Positions 19,671-31,799 are shown, counted from the stretch's first letter. The stretch is 64,000 nucleotides of DNA from Longimicrobiales bacterium (GCA_965248195.1 CBDFIQ010000002.1:960001-1024000); one strand, 5' to 3'. Notes: a model not told the origin generated them from the letters alone. Translations and numbers: made by a program.

Positions 19671-19939
19671 CTGTAGGAGCGTGGCCGGAGGGGTCTGCGA
19701 CTGCCGACCCCTAATAATCAAGGTTGCAGAGAAGCTGTGCCGAACCTAGGATACACGTTGATCAAACCATATGATCCCGAGTCCGACAACTATGGGCGTT
19801 GCTTCCACACCGACGCGAAATGTAGACGTCGGCTGGACCAACGGTGATGGTCTTGAGTCTCTAGGCTACGATCCTTCCCCGATGCATGGTAAACATTTGC
19901 CGCGAATGAACTCAAGAGTTACCCTGAATCACCCCGGGT

Positions 19940-20875
19940 TCATCGGAGACTGTTTGACTTGAGTGTCAGAGGCTCACCTGGAGCGTCCTGACGCGAATAA
20001 TACAACTCTTCGTACTCGGCCGGCGGGATATGGCCGTGGGGCTCGAAGAGGCGATGGTGATTGAACCACCAGACCCATTCGAGGGTGGCGAGCTCGATGT
20101 CTTCGAGGGTGCGCCACGGACCGCGTGGACGAATGAGCTCGGTCTTGTAGAGTCCGATGATCGTCTCGGCCAGGGCGTTGTCATACGAATCCCCCCGGCT
20201 GCCTACGGACGGCTCGATGCCTGCCAACGCCAGGCGCTCGGTGTAGCGGATAGACAGGTACTGCCCCCTGCGGTCGCTGTGATGCACCAGGCGCTTGTCT
20301 GCGTCGTCCTCGCGTTCACAGATCGCCTGCTCGAGAGCGTCGAGCGCTAAGTCACTGCGTAATGAGTTCGAGACCCGCCATCCGACGATGCGACGGCTGA
20401 ACGCATCGATCACGAACGCCACGAAGACAAACGCATGGCCCGTCCGCACGTACGTGAGGTCCGAGACCCACAGCTCGTTGGGACGTGCCGCGCTGAAGTC
20501 TCGGTTCACGAGGTCCAGCGGGCGCTCGTCGCCCTCCGCCGTGTGCGTTGTCACCTTGAAGCGCCGCCCTCGCGTAACCCCACAAAGCTCCAGTTCCTTC
20601 ATGAGCCGAGCCACCGTGCATCGAGCCACGGTGATGCCTTCCCGGTTCAGCTGCTTCCACACCTTCTTCGCCCCGTAGACCTGGAAGTTCTGCATCCACA
20701 CTCGACGGATCTCCGGCTTCAGCATCTCGTCGCGCTGAGCCCGGACCGATCGTAGCGTCGGATCTGCCTGCATCGCCTTGTGCGTGTAGTAGGTCGACGG
20801 AGCGATCGGCAGTACCTCGCAGATCGGCTCGACTCCGTACGTGGGCCGGTAATCGTCGATGAAGGCCACCATCAC
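19940..20875 (-). CDS. IS3 transposase OrfB (DDE)
   Basis: [22 protein letters not shown]. Confidence 0.93.
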   Translation of the reverse strand: MMVAFIDDYRPTYGVEPICEVLPIAPSTYYTHKAMQADPTLRSVRAQRDEMLKPEIRRVWMQNFQVYGAKKVWKQLNREGITVARCTVARLMKELELCGVTRGRRFKVTTHTAEGDERPLDLVNRDFSAARPNELWVSDLTYVRTGHAFVFVAFVIDAFSRRIVGWRVSNSLRSDLALDALEQAICEREDDADKRLVHHSDRRGQYLSIRYTERLALAGIEPSVGSRGDSYDNALAETIIGLYKTELIRPRGPWRTLEDIELATLEWVWWFNHHRLFEPHGHIPPAEYEELYYSRQDAPGEPLTLKSNSLR

Positions 20876-21192
20876 CGAACTCGGCGGTCGAGCTCCGCCT
20901 GTGCGAAATACGCCGATGCCTTACGCAGAATCTCGTTCGCCCGCTTCAGCTCACGATTCTCACGCTCCAGCACCTTCAGTCGCTCACGCTCTTCTGTCTT
21001 GAGACCGGGCCGTTGCCCCGTGTCTCGCTCCGCTCGTCGAACCCATTTACGTAGCGTCTCCGCCGTGCACCCGATCTTCTCCGAGATCGAGCAGATCGCC
21101 GCCCACTGTGAGCTGTACTCAGGCTCGTGCTCGAAAACCATCCGAACGGCTCGCTCCCGTACCTCTGGGGAGTACTGTCCTTTCCTTTTCAT
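20872..21192 (-). CDS. IS3 transposase OrfA (HTH)
   Basis: [13 protein letters not shown]...ETLRKWV...[23 protein letters not shown]. Confidence 0.93.
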   Translation of the reverse strand: MKRKGQYSPEVRERAVRMVFEHEPEYSSQWAAICSISEKIGCTAETLRKWVRRAERDTGQRPGLKTEERERLKVLERENRELKRANEILRKASAYFAQAELDRRVR

Positions 21193-21343
21193 GACTCCAT
21201 CCTCTCAACTGATGGAGTCTCCGGCAAACCCGGGGTGATTCAACGAGGCTAGCAACCTTGCGGTACGGTGCCTATCTTCGCCACGAGATTCGCTTCGTTG
21301 AGGGCTGAGGGGCTCGACTCACAACTCGACAAGCGATCATTCG

Positions 21344-23805
21344 ATGATGAACCATATGAGACTAGACTTGCAAAAGATCTTTCTGCTATTGGCGCTCCAA
21401 ATGTTGCTGAGCGTTTCACCGGCCCCCACCCACGCCCAAACCCCCGCCCAACAAGAACTCCAACGCCTCACCGGCCAGCAGGTCTCCGAAGAGGAAATCC
21501 TCAACCGTCTTGCCCAATCAGGACTCTCTCGCGCCGAAGTGAGGTCGCAGCTGACTTCCATGGGCCTCAACCCGTCTATCGCCGATGCGTACTTCGATCG
21601 ACTCGAGGGTGCGGCCGACGACCCCCTGCAGCAGAACGCGGACTTCCTCCAGGCGCTCGCCCAGATGGGTCTCTTCAACGAACTCATTGGTTTTGAGCTT
21701 GGTGACACGATCGACTTTGCAAGGGATAGCTTGGCCCGCGCGGTCGAGGCCATACCGACCTCGGTCCTGCCGGTCTTCGGGCGAAGCGTCTTCGCCGGTG
21801 CCACCACTGAATTCCAGCCCGTGGTGACCGGGCCCGTGGATCCGGACTATCCGCTGGGGCCGGGAGACCAGCTGCAACTCATCCTTACGGGTGACGTCGA
21901 ACTGGCCTTACCGCTGGACGTGACGCGAGAGGGCTTCATCGTGATTCCCGATGTCGGGCAGATCTTCGTTAACGGTCTGACCCTCGGAGACCTGACCGAT
22001 CGACTCTATGCGAGGCTTGGCGCCGTGTATTCAGGCGTCCGAAGGGGGGCTGATGCGACGACGACTTTCCACGTCGCACTCGGCCGACTGAGAAGCAACC
22101 AAGTGTTTCTCGTAGGTGACGTGTCGCTCCCCGGGGCGTATCAGGTGAGCTCGGTGGCCACCGTGTTCAACGCTCTCTACAGCGCGGGTGGCCCGGGCGA
22201 GCAAGGATCGATGCGGTCGATTGAGGTCCGACGCGGGGGGCGGCTCGTGGACGAGGTGGATCTCTACGACTACCTCATTCGGGGTGACGCCTCGGACGAC
22301 ATCCGGCTCGAGCAAGGCGACCGGCTTTTTGTGCCCGTGGTCGGACCCCAAGTCGCGATCGAAGGGTTGGTGCGTAGAGCTGCCATTTACGAACTCAGGC
22401 CGGGCGAACAACTGCGGGACTTGATCGCCTTCGCCGGGGGACCGCGGCCGGAGGCATATCTCCGCAGAATCCAAGTTGATCGTATTCTGCCGGCTTCGGA
22501 ACGGACACCGGAACGGGAGCGGTTGCTCCTCGACGTGGATCTGGAGACGATGGCGGCCGACGAGGACTTCGAGCTTCTCGACGGGGACCGGGTCACGGTC
22601 TTGGGCATCGGAGACCGGCGAGACAATCAAGTGGTTGTTGAAGGGCATGTCGAGAAGCCTGGACTGTTCGAGCTGGCTCCGAACATGACGCTCGGCGACG
22701 TCATTACACGGGCGGGCTCCTGCCCGACGCTTTCAATGTGGTGGCACACCTGATTCGCTTGGAAGAGTCGGATAGCACGTACGTACTCGAGAGGGTCTCC
22801 TTGGACGCGGATGGCCAGCCGGTGCCGGACGTGGTGCTCCGCGAGATGGACCGGGTGGTTATCTACGGACGGTCCGAGCTGAGGACCGACGCATTTGTTT
22901 CTATCGGGGGTGAGATCAAGAACCCTGGCCGTTTCCCACTCAATGCTGGCATGACCGCTGAGGATCTCCTACTCGCCGCTGGAGGTTTTACGGAAACAGC
23001 GGATCCGCTTACGGCCCAACTCGTGCGTAGGCCGGGTGGCTTGCTGCTCACGGACACCGTGGCGATCAGTCAGGACATCGTATTCGACCCCTCCCTTCCG
23101 TCGGCGTTCGACCTGAGAGTCGACGGTGTGAGGCCGTGGGCCGGACCTGAGCTGGGCGAGCCGGCGAGGGAGGTCGAGCTCCGGGATGGAGACCGGGTCT
23201 TCGTCCGCCGACTCCAGGCGCTTCGGGATGAAGGCGATGTCATCCTTTCGGGCGAGGTGCTTTATCCCGGGCCTTATGCTCTCGAGCAGCGCGGTGAGAC
23301 CGTTTCCAGCCTCGTCCGCCGGGCGGGGGGCCTGACCTCGGACGCATTCTTGGAGGGCACCCGCTTGGTCCGTGACGGACTGCCCTTGGGCGTCGATCTC
23401 GACGGCGCCTTGAGCCGGTCGGGGGGAGTTGCAGACCTCCTCCTGCTCCCCGGGGACTCACTCGAGATCCCTCAATACGACGGGACGGTTCGCATCATCG
23501 GTGCCGTCGAGTTCCAGTCCCGGACTCGTTGGCGGGAGGGGATGAGCTTAGGGGACTACCTCGATCAAGCAGGCGGGGTGGTCGAGGATGGCGACCGAAA
23601 TCGGACGGTGGTGACGTATGCCAACCAGGAGCGGCAGCGTGCCAGCAAGTTTCTGTTCTTCCGGAGTGACCCCAGAATCGAGCCCGGCAGCACGATCTCG
23701 GTGCCATTCAAGGAACAAAGGGAAGCGGGTGGGATCAGTGTAGATCTGCTCATAACCCGGGTACTGTCGCTCGCCACGATCCTCGTGGCGATCAAGCAAC
23801 TCTGA
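21344..23805 (+). pseudogene. Second SLBB polysaccharide export gene, split by a 1-bp frameshift near 22715
   Basis: ORFs 21344-22753 and 22738-23805 join into a full paralog of 14196-16442 if one G is added at GGG 22714-22716. Confidence 0.8.
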
Positions 23806-24025
23806 CGTCCGCTTCTTCCCGAAATTCTCGCCTCCAATGACACGGTGTTTCCCAACATTCCTGGGTAGCACTCGAACCGAAACATGACCCCGTATCGGCA
23901 AACGAGTGGGATCTTCGCGAGTCCCTCGGCTTTATCGACCAAGTCCGGGAGTGCCTGGGATATGACGTGACGGTGCCCCTCGTGGCAGACGCCGCCGATC
24001 GGCTTGAGCGCCCCGGCAGCCCCTC

Positions 24026-24979
24026 ATGACCGTCCTCGTCACAGGCGGAGCCGGATTCATCGGCTCGCACCTCTGCGAACGGCTGCTCGAAGAGACACAC
24101 GAAGTCGTCTCCCTCGACTGCTACGACGACTTCTACCATCCGGCCACGAAACGTGACAACCTGGCTCAGTGCCGTGACCACTCGCGATTCCAGGAGGTCG
24201 AGGGCGACATCCGAGACCGCTCCGTCCTCGACGTCCTACCCGAAGTGGAGACGATCGTGCACCTCGCGGCAAGGGCGGGCGTTCGGCCCTCGATCCAAAA
24301 CCCCGTTCTCTACAACGATGTCAACGTGGGGGGGACCGTGTCGCTGCTCGAATTCGCTCGGGAGCGCAACATCCGCCGATTCATCTTCGCCTCCTCGTCG
24401 TCCGTCTACGGGAACAACGAGGCCGTGCCTTTCTCCGAGAGCGATCCGGTCGATCACCCTATATCGCCCTATGCCGCCACGAAGAAGGCGGGCGAGCTTC
24501 TTTGTCACACGTACCACCATTTGCACGCCATCGGCATGCTCTGTCTTCGCTTCTTCACGGTCTACGGTCCCCGGCAGAGGCCCGACTTGGCGATTCACAA
24601 GTTCACGCGCCTGATGCAGAGAGGTGAGGCCGTGCCGATGTTCGGGGATGGATCGACGGAGCGGGACTACACCTACGTGGACGACACGCTTGAGGGCGTC
24701 GTGGGGGCGATGCGCTTTTTGGATCAGCATCCCGACGCGTTTGAAATCGTGAACCTTGGAGAAAGCCGCACCGTCTCCCTGACCGAGATGATCGATACGG
24801 TCGCTCGGACCTTGGGAGTGACGCCCGAGATCGAACGTCTGCCGATGCAGCCGGGTGACGTGATCCGAACCTATGCGGACATCACCAAGGCCGCTCGCCT
24901 TTTCGGCTACGACCCCCAGACGGGCTTCGAGGAGGGCGTGGAGCGATTCGTGGAGTGGTTCAAGGACCATCCATCGTGA
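24026..24979 (+). CDS. NAD-dependent epimerase (UDP-glucuronate 4-epimerase-like)
   Basis: [38 protein letters not shown]. Confidence 0.9.
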   Translation: MTVLVTGGAGFIGSHLCERLLEETHEVVSLDCYDDFYHPATKRDNLAQCRDHSRFQEVEGDIRDRSVLDVLPEVETIVHLAARAGVRPSIQNPVLYNDVNVGGTVSLLEFARERNIRRFIFASSSSVYGNNEAVPFSESDPVDHPISPYAATKKAGELLCHTYHHLHAIGMLCLRFFTVYGPRQRPDLAIHKFTRLMQRGEAVPMFGDGSTERDYTYVDDTLEGVVGAMRFLDQHPDAFEIVNLGESRTVSLTEMIDTVARTLGVTPEIERLPMQPGDVIRTYADITKAARLFGYDPQTGFEEGVERFVEWFKDHPS

Positions 24980-25093
24980 AATGAAGGGTCCGGTCCCCGC
25001 CCCCTCCCCTGAGTGCTGGGTGCCGGCCCATAGCGTGCCTTGCCTTTCCCACCCAGATTCCTGCCTCGACTCCACCAACACCCCTGGATCTTC

Positions 25094-26410
25094 ATGCACA
25101 TAGCAGTCATCGGCACCGGATACGTCGGCCTCGTCGCGGGCGCATGCCTGGCTGAGACCGGCAACGACGTGGTCTGTGCGGACATCGATTCGGACAAGAT
25201 CGCGCTTCTCGACGGCGGCCATATTCCCATCTACGAGCCGGGCCTCGAGGCGTTGGTCGAACGGAACCTCCGCTCCGGTCGGCTACGTTTCACGACCGAC
25301 ATTCCCGAGGCGGTGCGGGCCTCCAGCGTGATCTTCATCGCGGTCGGGACACCTCCGGACGAGGACGGCTCCGCCGATCTCCAGCATGTGCTCGACGCTG
25401 CGAGGACCATCGGCGCTTCGATGGACGGCGAGCGGATCGTGATCACCAAGAGCACGGTTCCGGTGGGGACGGCGGACAAGGTGCGGGACACCATCGAATC
25501 CGAGACCGAGCATCCGGTCCACGTGTGCTCGAACCCGGAGTTCCTCAAGGAGGGAGCCGCCCTCGACGACTTCATGAAGCCCGACCGAGTGGTGCTGGGC
25601 GTGGACAGCGAGTACGCGGCGGATGTGATGCGTGACCTCTACGCCCCCTTCGTCGTGAGCGGGAACCAGATCATGATCATGGACATCGCCTCGGCGGAGA
25701 TCACCAAATACGCCGCCAACGCGATGCTCGCGACCAGGATCAGCTTCATGAACGGCGTCGCGGGGCTCTGCGAGAAAACGGGAGCCGACATCAACATGGT
25801 GCGTCGCGGCATCGGCAGCGACGAGCGAATCGGGCGCACCTTTCTTTATCCGGGCGTCGGATACGGGGGATCCTGCTTTCCGAAGGACGTGAAGGCGCTC
25901 ATCCGAACCATGGACGAGTTGGGTGCGGATCCTTCGATTCTCCGGGCGGTCGACGATCTGAACGACCGCCAGAAGCGATCGCTCCTCCGCGCATTGGTGA
26001 CGCGGCTGGGAGAGGACCTGAGCGGCACGACGATCGCAGTCTGGGGGCTCGCGTTCAAGCCGAACACGGATGATATGCGCGAGGCGCCGAGCTTGGTCAC
26101 GATCGAGGGGCTACTCGAGCGGGGCGCACGCGTGGTGGCCCACGATCCAGAGGCGATGGCGGAAGCAAAGCGCCGGTTCGGTGATCGCATCGAGTTGTGC
26201 GAAGACGATTATGCCGCTCTGGAGCGGGCGAGCGCCCTGGTCATCCACACCGAGTGGAACCCATACCGGCGTCCGGATTTCGATCGTATGAAGGCCGCCA
26301 TGGCGCGGCCGCTCGTGTTCGACGGGCGCAACCTCTACGATCCCCAGCGTATGGCCGAGCTCGGCTTCGAGTATCATTCGGTGGGGCGGGCACCGGCGGG
26401 GGTCGGCTGA
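25094..26410 (+). CDS. ugd: UDP-glucose 6-dehydrogenase
   Basis: IGTGYVG, SNPEFLKEG, GYGGSCFPKD, FKPNTDD, DGRN. Confidence 0.95.
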   Translation: MHIAVIGTGYVGLVAGACLAETGNDVVCADIDSDKIALLDGGHIPIYEPGLEALVERNLRSGRLRFTTDIPEAVRASSVIFIAVGTPPDEDGSADLQHVLDAARTIGASMDGERIVITKSTVPVGTADKVRDTIESETEHPVHVCSNPEFLKEGAALDDFMKPDRVVLGVDSEYAADVMRDLYAPFVVSGNQIMIMDIASAEITKYAANAMLATRISFMNGVAGLCEKTGADINMVRRGIGSDERIGRTFLYPGVGYGGSCFPKDVKALIRTMDELGADPSILRAVDDLNDRQKRSLLRALVTRLGEDLSGTTIAVWGLAFKPNTDDMREAPSLVTIEGLLERGARVVAHDPEAMAEAKRRFGDRIELCEDDYAALERASALVIHTEWNPYRRPDFDRMKAAMARPLVFDGRNLYDPQRMAELGFEYHSVGRAPAGVG

Positions 26411-26470
26411 GCGCGGAGCAAAGGCAGAGCCGTCCCATCCGGACATCGTCTTGCCGCGAAGATTTCCTTA
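26161..26470. repeat. ~310-bp direct repeat, copy 1 (ugd 3' end plus downstream)
   Basis: Nearly identical to 28975-29284. Confidence 0.95.
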
Positions 26471-26980
26471 TCCAGATCGTGGCCGAAGCCGTGTCGGGGA
26501 ACGCCGGCAAGCTCGAGGCATTTCGCTCCGAGGTGGCCGCTGGCTTCCAGGACCTTCGCGAGCTGCTACGGGCTTCCCACCTGGAGCTGGACCGGCGGGT
26601 GACGCGCCTGGAGGAAGGATTGAGTTCCTGACGCTCCTCCGACGCAAGGCATCGGGACAGCAGCGTTACCCGGCGTTCCATCACGAGTCCCATCGCCCGC
26701 GGCGACAGCCTCCCGTTCAGGACGCTGAGGGTCCATGGCGTCCATTGGGTTCCGTCAGTGCGAGGGATGGCTATACTGGAGCACCTTACAGAGCAGAGGA
26801 GATCGTCTAGGATCGTGTTTACGGAGAACCGCTCCCAGCCCACGAGTTCACCCTTCAACGTCTGGGCCTACGGCCGAATCATGACCGTGAGTACATCCAG
26901 TCGTGCAAGCCGGTGCAAAGTTTTCGTCGAACGCTTCACTCCTGTGTGATCCTCGGGACTGGCTCTACGGCCGTTAGCTA

Positions 26981-28024
26981 ATGAAGAAAGCACTCATCAC
27001 GGGTATCACGGGGCAGGACGGTTCCTACCTGGCGGAGCTCTTACTTGAGAAAGGATATGAAGTCCACGGCATCATCCGCCGCGCTTCGCTTTTCAATACG
27101 GCCCGCATCGACCACCTGTACGCCGATCCCCACGAGTCCGGCGTCCGACTGAAACTCCATCATGGAGATCTTACGGACACCTCGGTGCTAAGGAGGGTCA
27201 TCGAGTCCATCCAACCGGATGAGGTCTACCACCTTGGTGCTCAGTCACACGTTAAGGTGTCCTTCCAGGCCCCTCTCTACACGGGCGATGTGGTTGCCCT
27301 TGGCACGCTCCGGATCTTAGAGGCTGTGCGTGATTACTCCGATCGGACGGGCAACCCGGTAAGGATCTACAATGCCGGATCATCGGAGATGTTTGGTGCG
27401 TCTCCGCCACCCCAGAATGAGATGACTCCGTTTTATCCTCGAAGTCCTTATGCGGCCAGCAAAGTTGCCGGGCATCACTATGCGGTTAACTATCGTGAGG
27501 CTTACGGTATCTTTGCCACGAATGGGATTCTTTTCAATCACGAGTCTCCCAGGCGGGGGGAAACGTTCGTTACCCGGAAGATCACGAGAGCTGTGACCCG
27601 CATTCACCTCGGGCTTCAGAAAACACTGTATCTCGGGAATCTTGACGCGAAACGCGACTGGGGGTTTGCTGGTGATTACGTGAAGGCAATGTGGAAAATG
27701 CTCCAGCATGAAGAGCCCAAGGATTTTGTCGTTGCGACCGGGAACTCTTATTCGGTGAGAGATTTTGTCATAAGGTCGTTCGATAGCCTGGGTATGGACT
27801 GGGAGGAGTACGTTGAGATCGATCCTCGACACTTTCGGCCGACGGAGGTCGATCACCTTGAGGGGGACTTCACTCGGGCAAGAGAGGTCTTGGGTTGGGT
27901 CCCCGAGACCTCCTTTGATGAGTTGGTTGGGATGATGATAGAGTCGGACCTGGAACTCGCTAGCAGGGAGAAGGTGCTAATGGAGGCGGGGCATGAGGTT
28001 CCCCAGGTACGAGCAGACATGTGA
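26981..28024 (+). CDS. gmd: GDP-mannose 4,6-dehydratase
   Basis: [35 protein letters not shown]. Confidence 0.97.
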   Translation: MKKALITGITGQDGSYLAELLLEKGYEVHGIIRRASLFNTARIDHLYADPHESGVRLKLHHGDLTDTSVLRRVIESIQPDEVYHLGAQSHVKVSFQAPLYTGDVVALGTLRILEAVRDYSDRTGNPVRIYNAGSSEMFGASPPPQNEMTPFYPRSPYAASKVAGHHYAVNYREAYGIFATNGILFNHESPRRGETFVTRKITRAVTRIHLGLQKTLYLGNLDAKRDWGFAGDYVKAMWKMLQHEEPKDFVVATGNSYSVRDFVIRSFDSLGMDWEEYVEIDPRHFRPTEVDHLEGDFTRAREVLGWVPETSFDELVGMMIESDLELASREKVLMEAGHEVPQVRADM

Positions 28025-28956
28025 ACATCGACGATCCCGTCTTTGTGGCTGGCCACCGCGGCCTCGTCGGGTCGGCCATCGTCCGGAGGTTGAGGGAAGA
28101 TGGATACGAGAATCTGATGCTTCGAACCCGTGACGAAGTAGACCTTCGACACGGCCCGAATGTCAGAGAGCTACTTGAGTCACAACGGCCCAAGTACGTG
28201 TTTCTGGCCGCCGCCCAGGTGGGGGGGATTCTGGCCAACGCCACCTACCCAGCTGATTTCATTCGCGACAACCTCCGCATACAGGTCTCGGTGATCGAAG
28301 CGGCGCGGGCGGTTGGCGTGAAGAAGCTGCTCTTTCTCGGTAGTTCCTGCATCTATCCGAAACAGGCGCGGCAGCCTATGGCCGAAACGGAGTTGTTGGC
28401 CGGATATCTAGAGCCAACTAATGATGCCTACGCGATCGCAAAGATTGCCGGCATAAAGATGGTCCAGGCCTACAACCAGCAGTACGGGACCGACTATATC
28501 TCCATCATGCCTGCTAATCTCTATGGGCCGGGCGACAATTTCGATCTGGAAACGAGCCACGTGTTGCCAGCGCTTATCCGCAAGGTGCACGAGGCTAAAA
28601 TGGCGGGGCAGTTGGACGTCCAAGTCTGGGGCACAGGGAAACCGCGGCGCGAATTCCTCTTCGTTGACGATCTTGCCGAGGCGTGCCTTTTCCTAATGCG
28701 AAACTACTCTAGTTCCGAGATCATCAACGTCGGGGTTGGAGAGGAGATCAGCATCGCGGCCCTCGCGAGACTAGTGGCTGAGGTTATCGGGTACGAGGGG
28801 GACTTCACGTTTGACGCAAGCAAACCAGATGGGACTCTTCGGAAGCTACTTGATGTGTCTAGAATCCGGTCCCTGGGATGGAGAGCTTCGACAGGTCTGC
28901 GTCAGGGAATCGCCTCGACCTACGATTGGTACCTCCGTGAGGACATCCCTGCCTGA
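28021..28956 (+). CDS. fcl: GDP-L-fucose synthase
   Basis: [32 protein letters not shown]. Confidence 0.97.
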   Translation: MNIDDPVFVAGHRGLVGSAIVRRLREDGYENLMLRTRDEVDLRHGPNVRELLESQRPKYVFLAAAQVGGILANATYPADFIRDNLRIQVSVIEAARAVGVKKLLFLGSSCIYPKQARQPMAETELLAGYLEPTNDAYAIAKIAGIKMVQAYNQQYGTDYISIMPANLYGPGDNFDLETSHVLPALIRKVHEAKMAGQLDVQVWGTGKPRREFLFVDDLAEACLFLMRNYSSSEIINVGVGEEISIAALARLVAEVIGYEGDFTFDASKPDGTLRKLLDVSRIRSLGWRASTGLRQGIASTYDWYLREDIPA

Positions 28957-28974
28957 GGGTTGGGGTCAGGCAAT

Positions 28975-29284
28975 GGAAGCAAAGCGCCGGTTCGGTGATC
29001 GCATCGAGTTGTGCGAAGACGATTATGCCGCTCTGGAGGGTGCGAGCGCCCTGGTCATCCACACCGAGTGGAACCCATACCGGCGTCCGGATTTCGATCG
29101 CATGAAGGCCGCGATGGCGCAGCCGCTCGTGTTCGACGGGCGAAACCTCTACGATCCGCGGCGTATGGCCGAGCTTGGTTTCGAGTATCATTCGGTGGGG
29201 CGGGCACCTGCGGGGGTCGGCTGAGGGCGGAGCAAGGGTAGAGCCGTCCCCTCCGGACATCGTCTTGCCGCGAAGATTTCCTTA
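28975..29284 (+). pseudogene. Duplicated ugd 3' fragment (direct repeat, copy 2)
   Basis: EAKRRFGDRIELCEDD...VGRAPAGVG*, near-identical to the ugd C-terminus. Confidence 0.92.
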
Positions 29285-29408
29285 CCTTGGCGCAAGCGGG
29301 AGCGAACGCGTAGCATGGGGGGCATGAAGCCAGGATCTGGATCTCCGGATCAGGATCTCCGGATGACGAGCGTGGAGGAGCGTTTGGATCACCGAGAAGC
29401 CGACTGAC

Positions 29409-31799
29409 GTGCGGCGCGTCCTGATCACCGGCGCCGCCGGCTTCCTTGGCTCTCATCTGGCCGACCGCTTCCTGACCGAAGGGTACGAGGTCATCGGCGT
29501 CGACAACTTCGTCACGGGATCCCGGCGAAACATCGCCGCCCTCCAGAAACGCGAAGGCTTTTCGTTTCTGCGCCACGATATCTCCACGCCGCTCTACGTG
29601 GGTGCAGAGTTGGACGGCGTCCTCCACTTCGCCTCTCCGGCGAGCCCGGTGGACTACCTGGAACTGTCGATCCAAACGCTGAAGGTCGGCAGCCTGGGCA
29701 CGCACAACATGCTCGGGCTCGCTATGGCGAAGTCGGCGCGCTTCCTGCTGGCCTCGACGTCGGAGGTGTACGGGGATCCGGAGGTTCATCCGCAGACCGA
29801 GGACTACTGGGGGAACGTCAATCCGGTCGGGCTCCGGGGCGTGTACGACGAGGCCAAGCGCTTCGCCGAGGCGATGACGATGGCGTATCACCGCTACCAC
29901 GGTGTGGATACGAGGATCGTGAGGATCTTCAATAGCATCCTTGCCGACGAAACCGTGATTCTCTTCAACGACGCCACGGCCCACATCGAAGCAGTGGAGG
30001 ATTACTTCAAAGAGGCGTCCGGCAGTCCCCTGGTCGTGCGACGTCGTATGCGAGTTCCGGCGTTCAATCCGCAGACGCTTGAAATCGAGCTTCGAGAGGC
30101 CGACGCCCTCATCAAGCACCCCTCACTCGGCAAGGACGCATTTCGGATCGTCACACGGTACGGAAGACACATCCGCGTCACGGGGGACCACAGCCTCTTC
30201 CGGCGGGATTCTGATCATCTGCCCGAGGCCGTGCCGGTTCGAGACCTGAAGGTGGGCGACTACGTCGCCATTCCGGGGCGGCTCCCGGTTGTGGAGCGTG
30301 ACGTCGAGTACGTCGATTTGGCCGAGCACCTGATCCGGAAGTCCGAGTCGGACGAGAGCCTTTGGGGCTATGCCCTCGTTTTTCCAGGTGTGAGGCCGGT
30401 GCTCGAGCGGTACAAGGAGGAGATCTTCGACTTTCTCTTGGAGAGCCCGCGTTTCGAAGGAAGCCGGAGTAAGCGCAACACGGTCGGCTGCGTGTGGCGG
30501 AGCCTTAAGAAGAAAGGGAAGATCCCACTTTCGGTGATGGCTCGCCTACATCGACGGTGCGGAGTCGCCTGGCCCCAGGACGCAGTGATCCAGCCTCATG
30601 TGGGAGGTGGAACCGCGATCCCATGCCGGATTCCGCTGACCGACGATCTCTTATGGCTCCTGGGGTTGTTTGTTGCCGAAGGCTGTCACGTCGATTCGAA
30701 GGGGACCTACCGCCTGCTCCTGTCGTCGGACGACGAGTTCTTGGATCGTGCCTGCCAGATCTTCAATTCCTGCTTTGGTGTGAATGCCCGCAAGCTCGAG
30801 GCGACGATGGAGCGGTGTCCTACTCTTTACGTGGACTCGAAGGCGATCTTCTGCCTCTTCGACCGGGTGTTTCAGGTTACGGGTGCCTCGAGCGCCATCC
30901 GAATCCCTCCATGGATTTTCCAGCTTCCGCTGTCCCGGCTGAAGCACTTTTTGGAGGGGTACAGGGAGGGCGACGGTACGCACACTGGCTATCCGGAGTG
31001 CCGCGAGCTCGCGTTCAACACGGTGAGCGACGGGCTCGCGACGGACCTGAGCTACCTTCTGCTACGCTTCGGAATCGTCGCATCGGTGGGGCGCTATGAG
31101 ACGACGTTCAAGAAGCGATACGGTGACCGGAAATTCCCCTTTTGGAGGCTCACGGTCTGTGAGGTGTCGGACTTCGACATCCTCACCTGGGACCAGGGGG
31201 TAGAGCAGCGCCTGAACGCCACCCGGACAGGTGACCTGGTCTGGGCGAAAGTGCGTAAGATCGAGGCCGTAGAGGCGTCGGAGTACGTCTACGACTTCAG
31301 CGTGGAGGGCTATGAGAACTTCCTCGCCGGCAACGGGGTGTTTGCCCACAATACGTACGGACCTTCCATGCGCCCCGCCGACGGCCGGGTCGTCTCGAAC
31401 TTCATCGTTCAGGCGCTCCGGAATGAGCCGCTCACGATCTACGGGGACGGCTCGCAGACGCGTTCTTTTTGTTACGTCGAGGATGAGGTGGACGGCATCT
31501 TTCGGCTGTTCCACTCTGACCGGATCGACCCGACCAACATAGGTAATCCGGACGAGTTCACGATCTCGAAATTGGCCGAGTTGGTGATCGCCGAGACGGG
31601 TTCACGCTCGGGGATCGAGTCGTTACCGCTCCCGGCGGACGATCCCCAGGTGCGCCAGCCCGACATTTCGGTGGCTCGTGAGATTCTCGGGTGGGAGCCC
31701 GTGACGACGCTCCAGGAGGGCCTGACGAAGACGATTCCCTACTTTCGCGAACTCGTGGAAACGGAGGACGCGCGAGCCCGGCCGCTGACCTCGGAATGA
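29409..31799 (+). CDS. UDP-glucuronate decarboxylase (UDP-xylose synthase family), intein-containing
   Basis: [38 protein letters not shown]|intein|[22 protein letters not shown]. Predicted spliced product 323 aa. Confidence 0.93.
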   Translation: MRRVLITGAAGFLGSHLADRFLTEGYEVIGVDNFVTGSRRNIAALQKREGFSFLRHDISTPLYVGAELDGVLHFASPASPVDYLELSIQTLKVGSLGTHNMLGLAMAKSARFLLASTSEVYGDPEVHPQTEDYWGNVNPVGLRGVYDEAKRFAEAMTMAYHRYHGVDTRIVRIFNSILADETVILFNDATAHIEAVEDYFKEASGSPLVVRRRMRVPAFNPQTLEIELREADALIKHPSLGKDAFRIVTRYGRHIRVTGDHSLFRRDSDHLPEAVPVRDLKVGDYVAIPGRLPVVERDVEYVDLAEHLIRKSESDESLWGYALVFPGVRPVLERYKEEIFDFLLESPRFEGSRSKRNTVGCVWRSLKKKGKIPLSVMARLHRRCGVAWPQDAVIQPHVGGGTAIPCRIPLTDDLLWLLGLFVAEGCHVDSKGTYRLLLSSDDEFLDRACQIFNSCFGVNARKLEATMERCPTLYVDSKAIFCLFDRVFQVTGASSAIRIPPWIFQLPLSRLKHFLEGYREGDGTHTGYPECRELAFNTVSDGLATDLSYLLLRFGIVASVGRYETTFKKRYGDRKFPFWRLTVCEVSDFDILTWDQGVEQRLNATRTGDLVWAKVRKIEAVEASEYVYDFSVEGYENFLAGNGVFAHNTYGPSMRPADGRVVSNFIVQALRNEPLTIYGDGSQTRSFCYVEDEVDGIFRLFHSDRIDPTNIGNPDEFTISKLAELVIAETGSRSGIESLPLPADDPQVRQPDISVAREILGWEPVTTLQEGLTKTIPYFRELVETEDARARPLTSE
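29934..31352 (+). mobile_element. Intein with LAGLIDADG homing endonuclease (473 aa)
   Basis: Block A SILADETV, block B VTGDHSLF (TxxH), LAGLIDADG motifs LLGLFVAEG and [10 protein letters not shown], block F VYDFSV, block G FAHN followed by Thr. Confidence 0.95.

Larger units (their letters stand above)
19925..21242 (-). mobile_element. IS3-family insertion sequence (IS51/IS6110-like ends), 1318 bp
   Basis: Terminal IRs TGAATCACCCCGGGTT(CAT/TGC)CGGAGACT enclosing orfA and orfB; no target duplication visible. Confidence 0.95.

Noticed and set aside
26470..26980. Possible small genes upstream of gmd
   Set aside because: Only a start-less coiled-coil-like tail (ending 26631) and unconvincing ORFs; no product can be supported.
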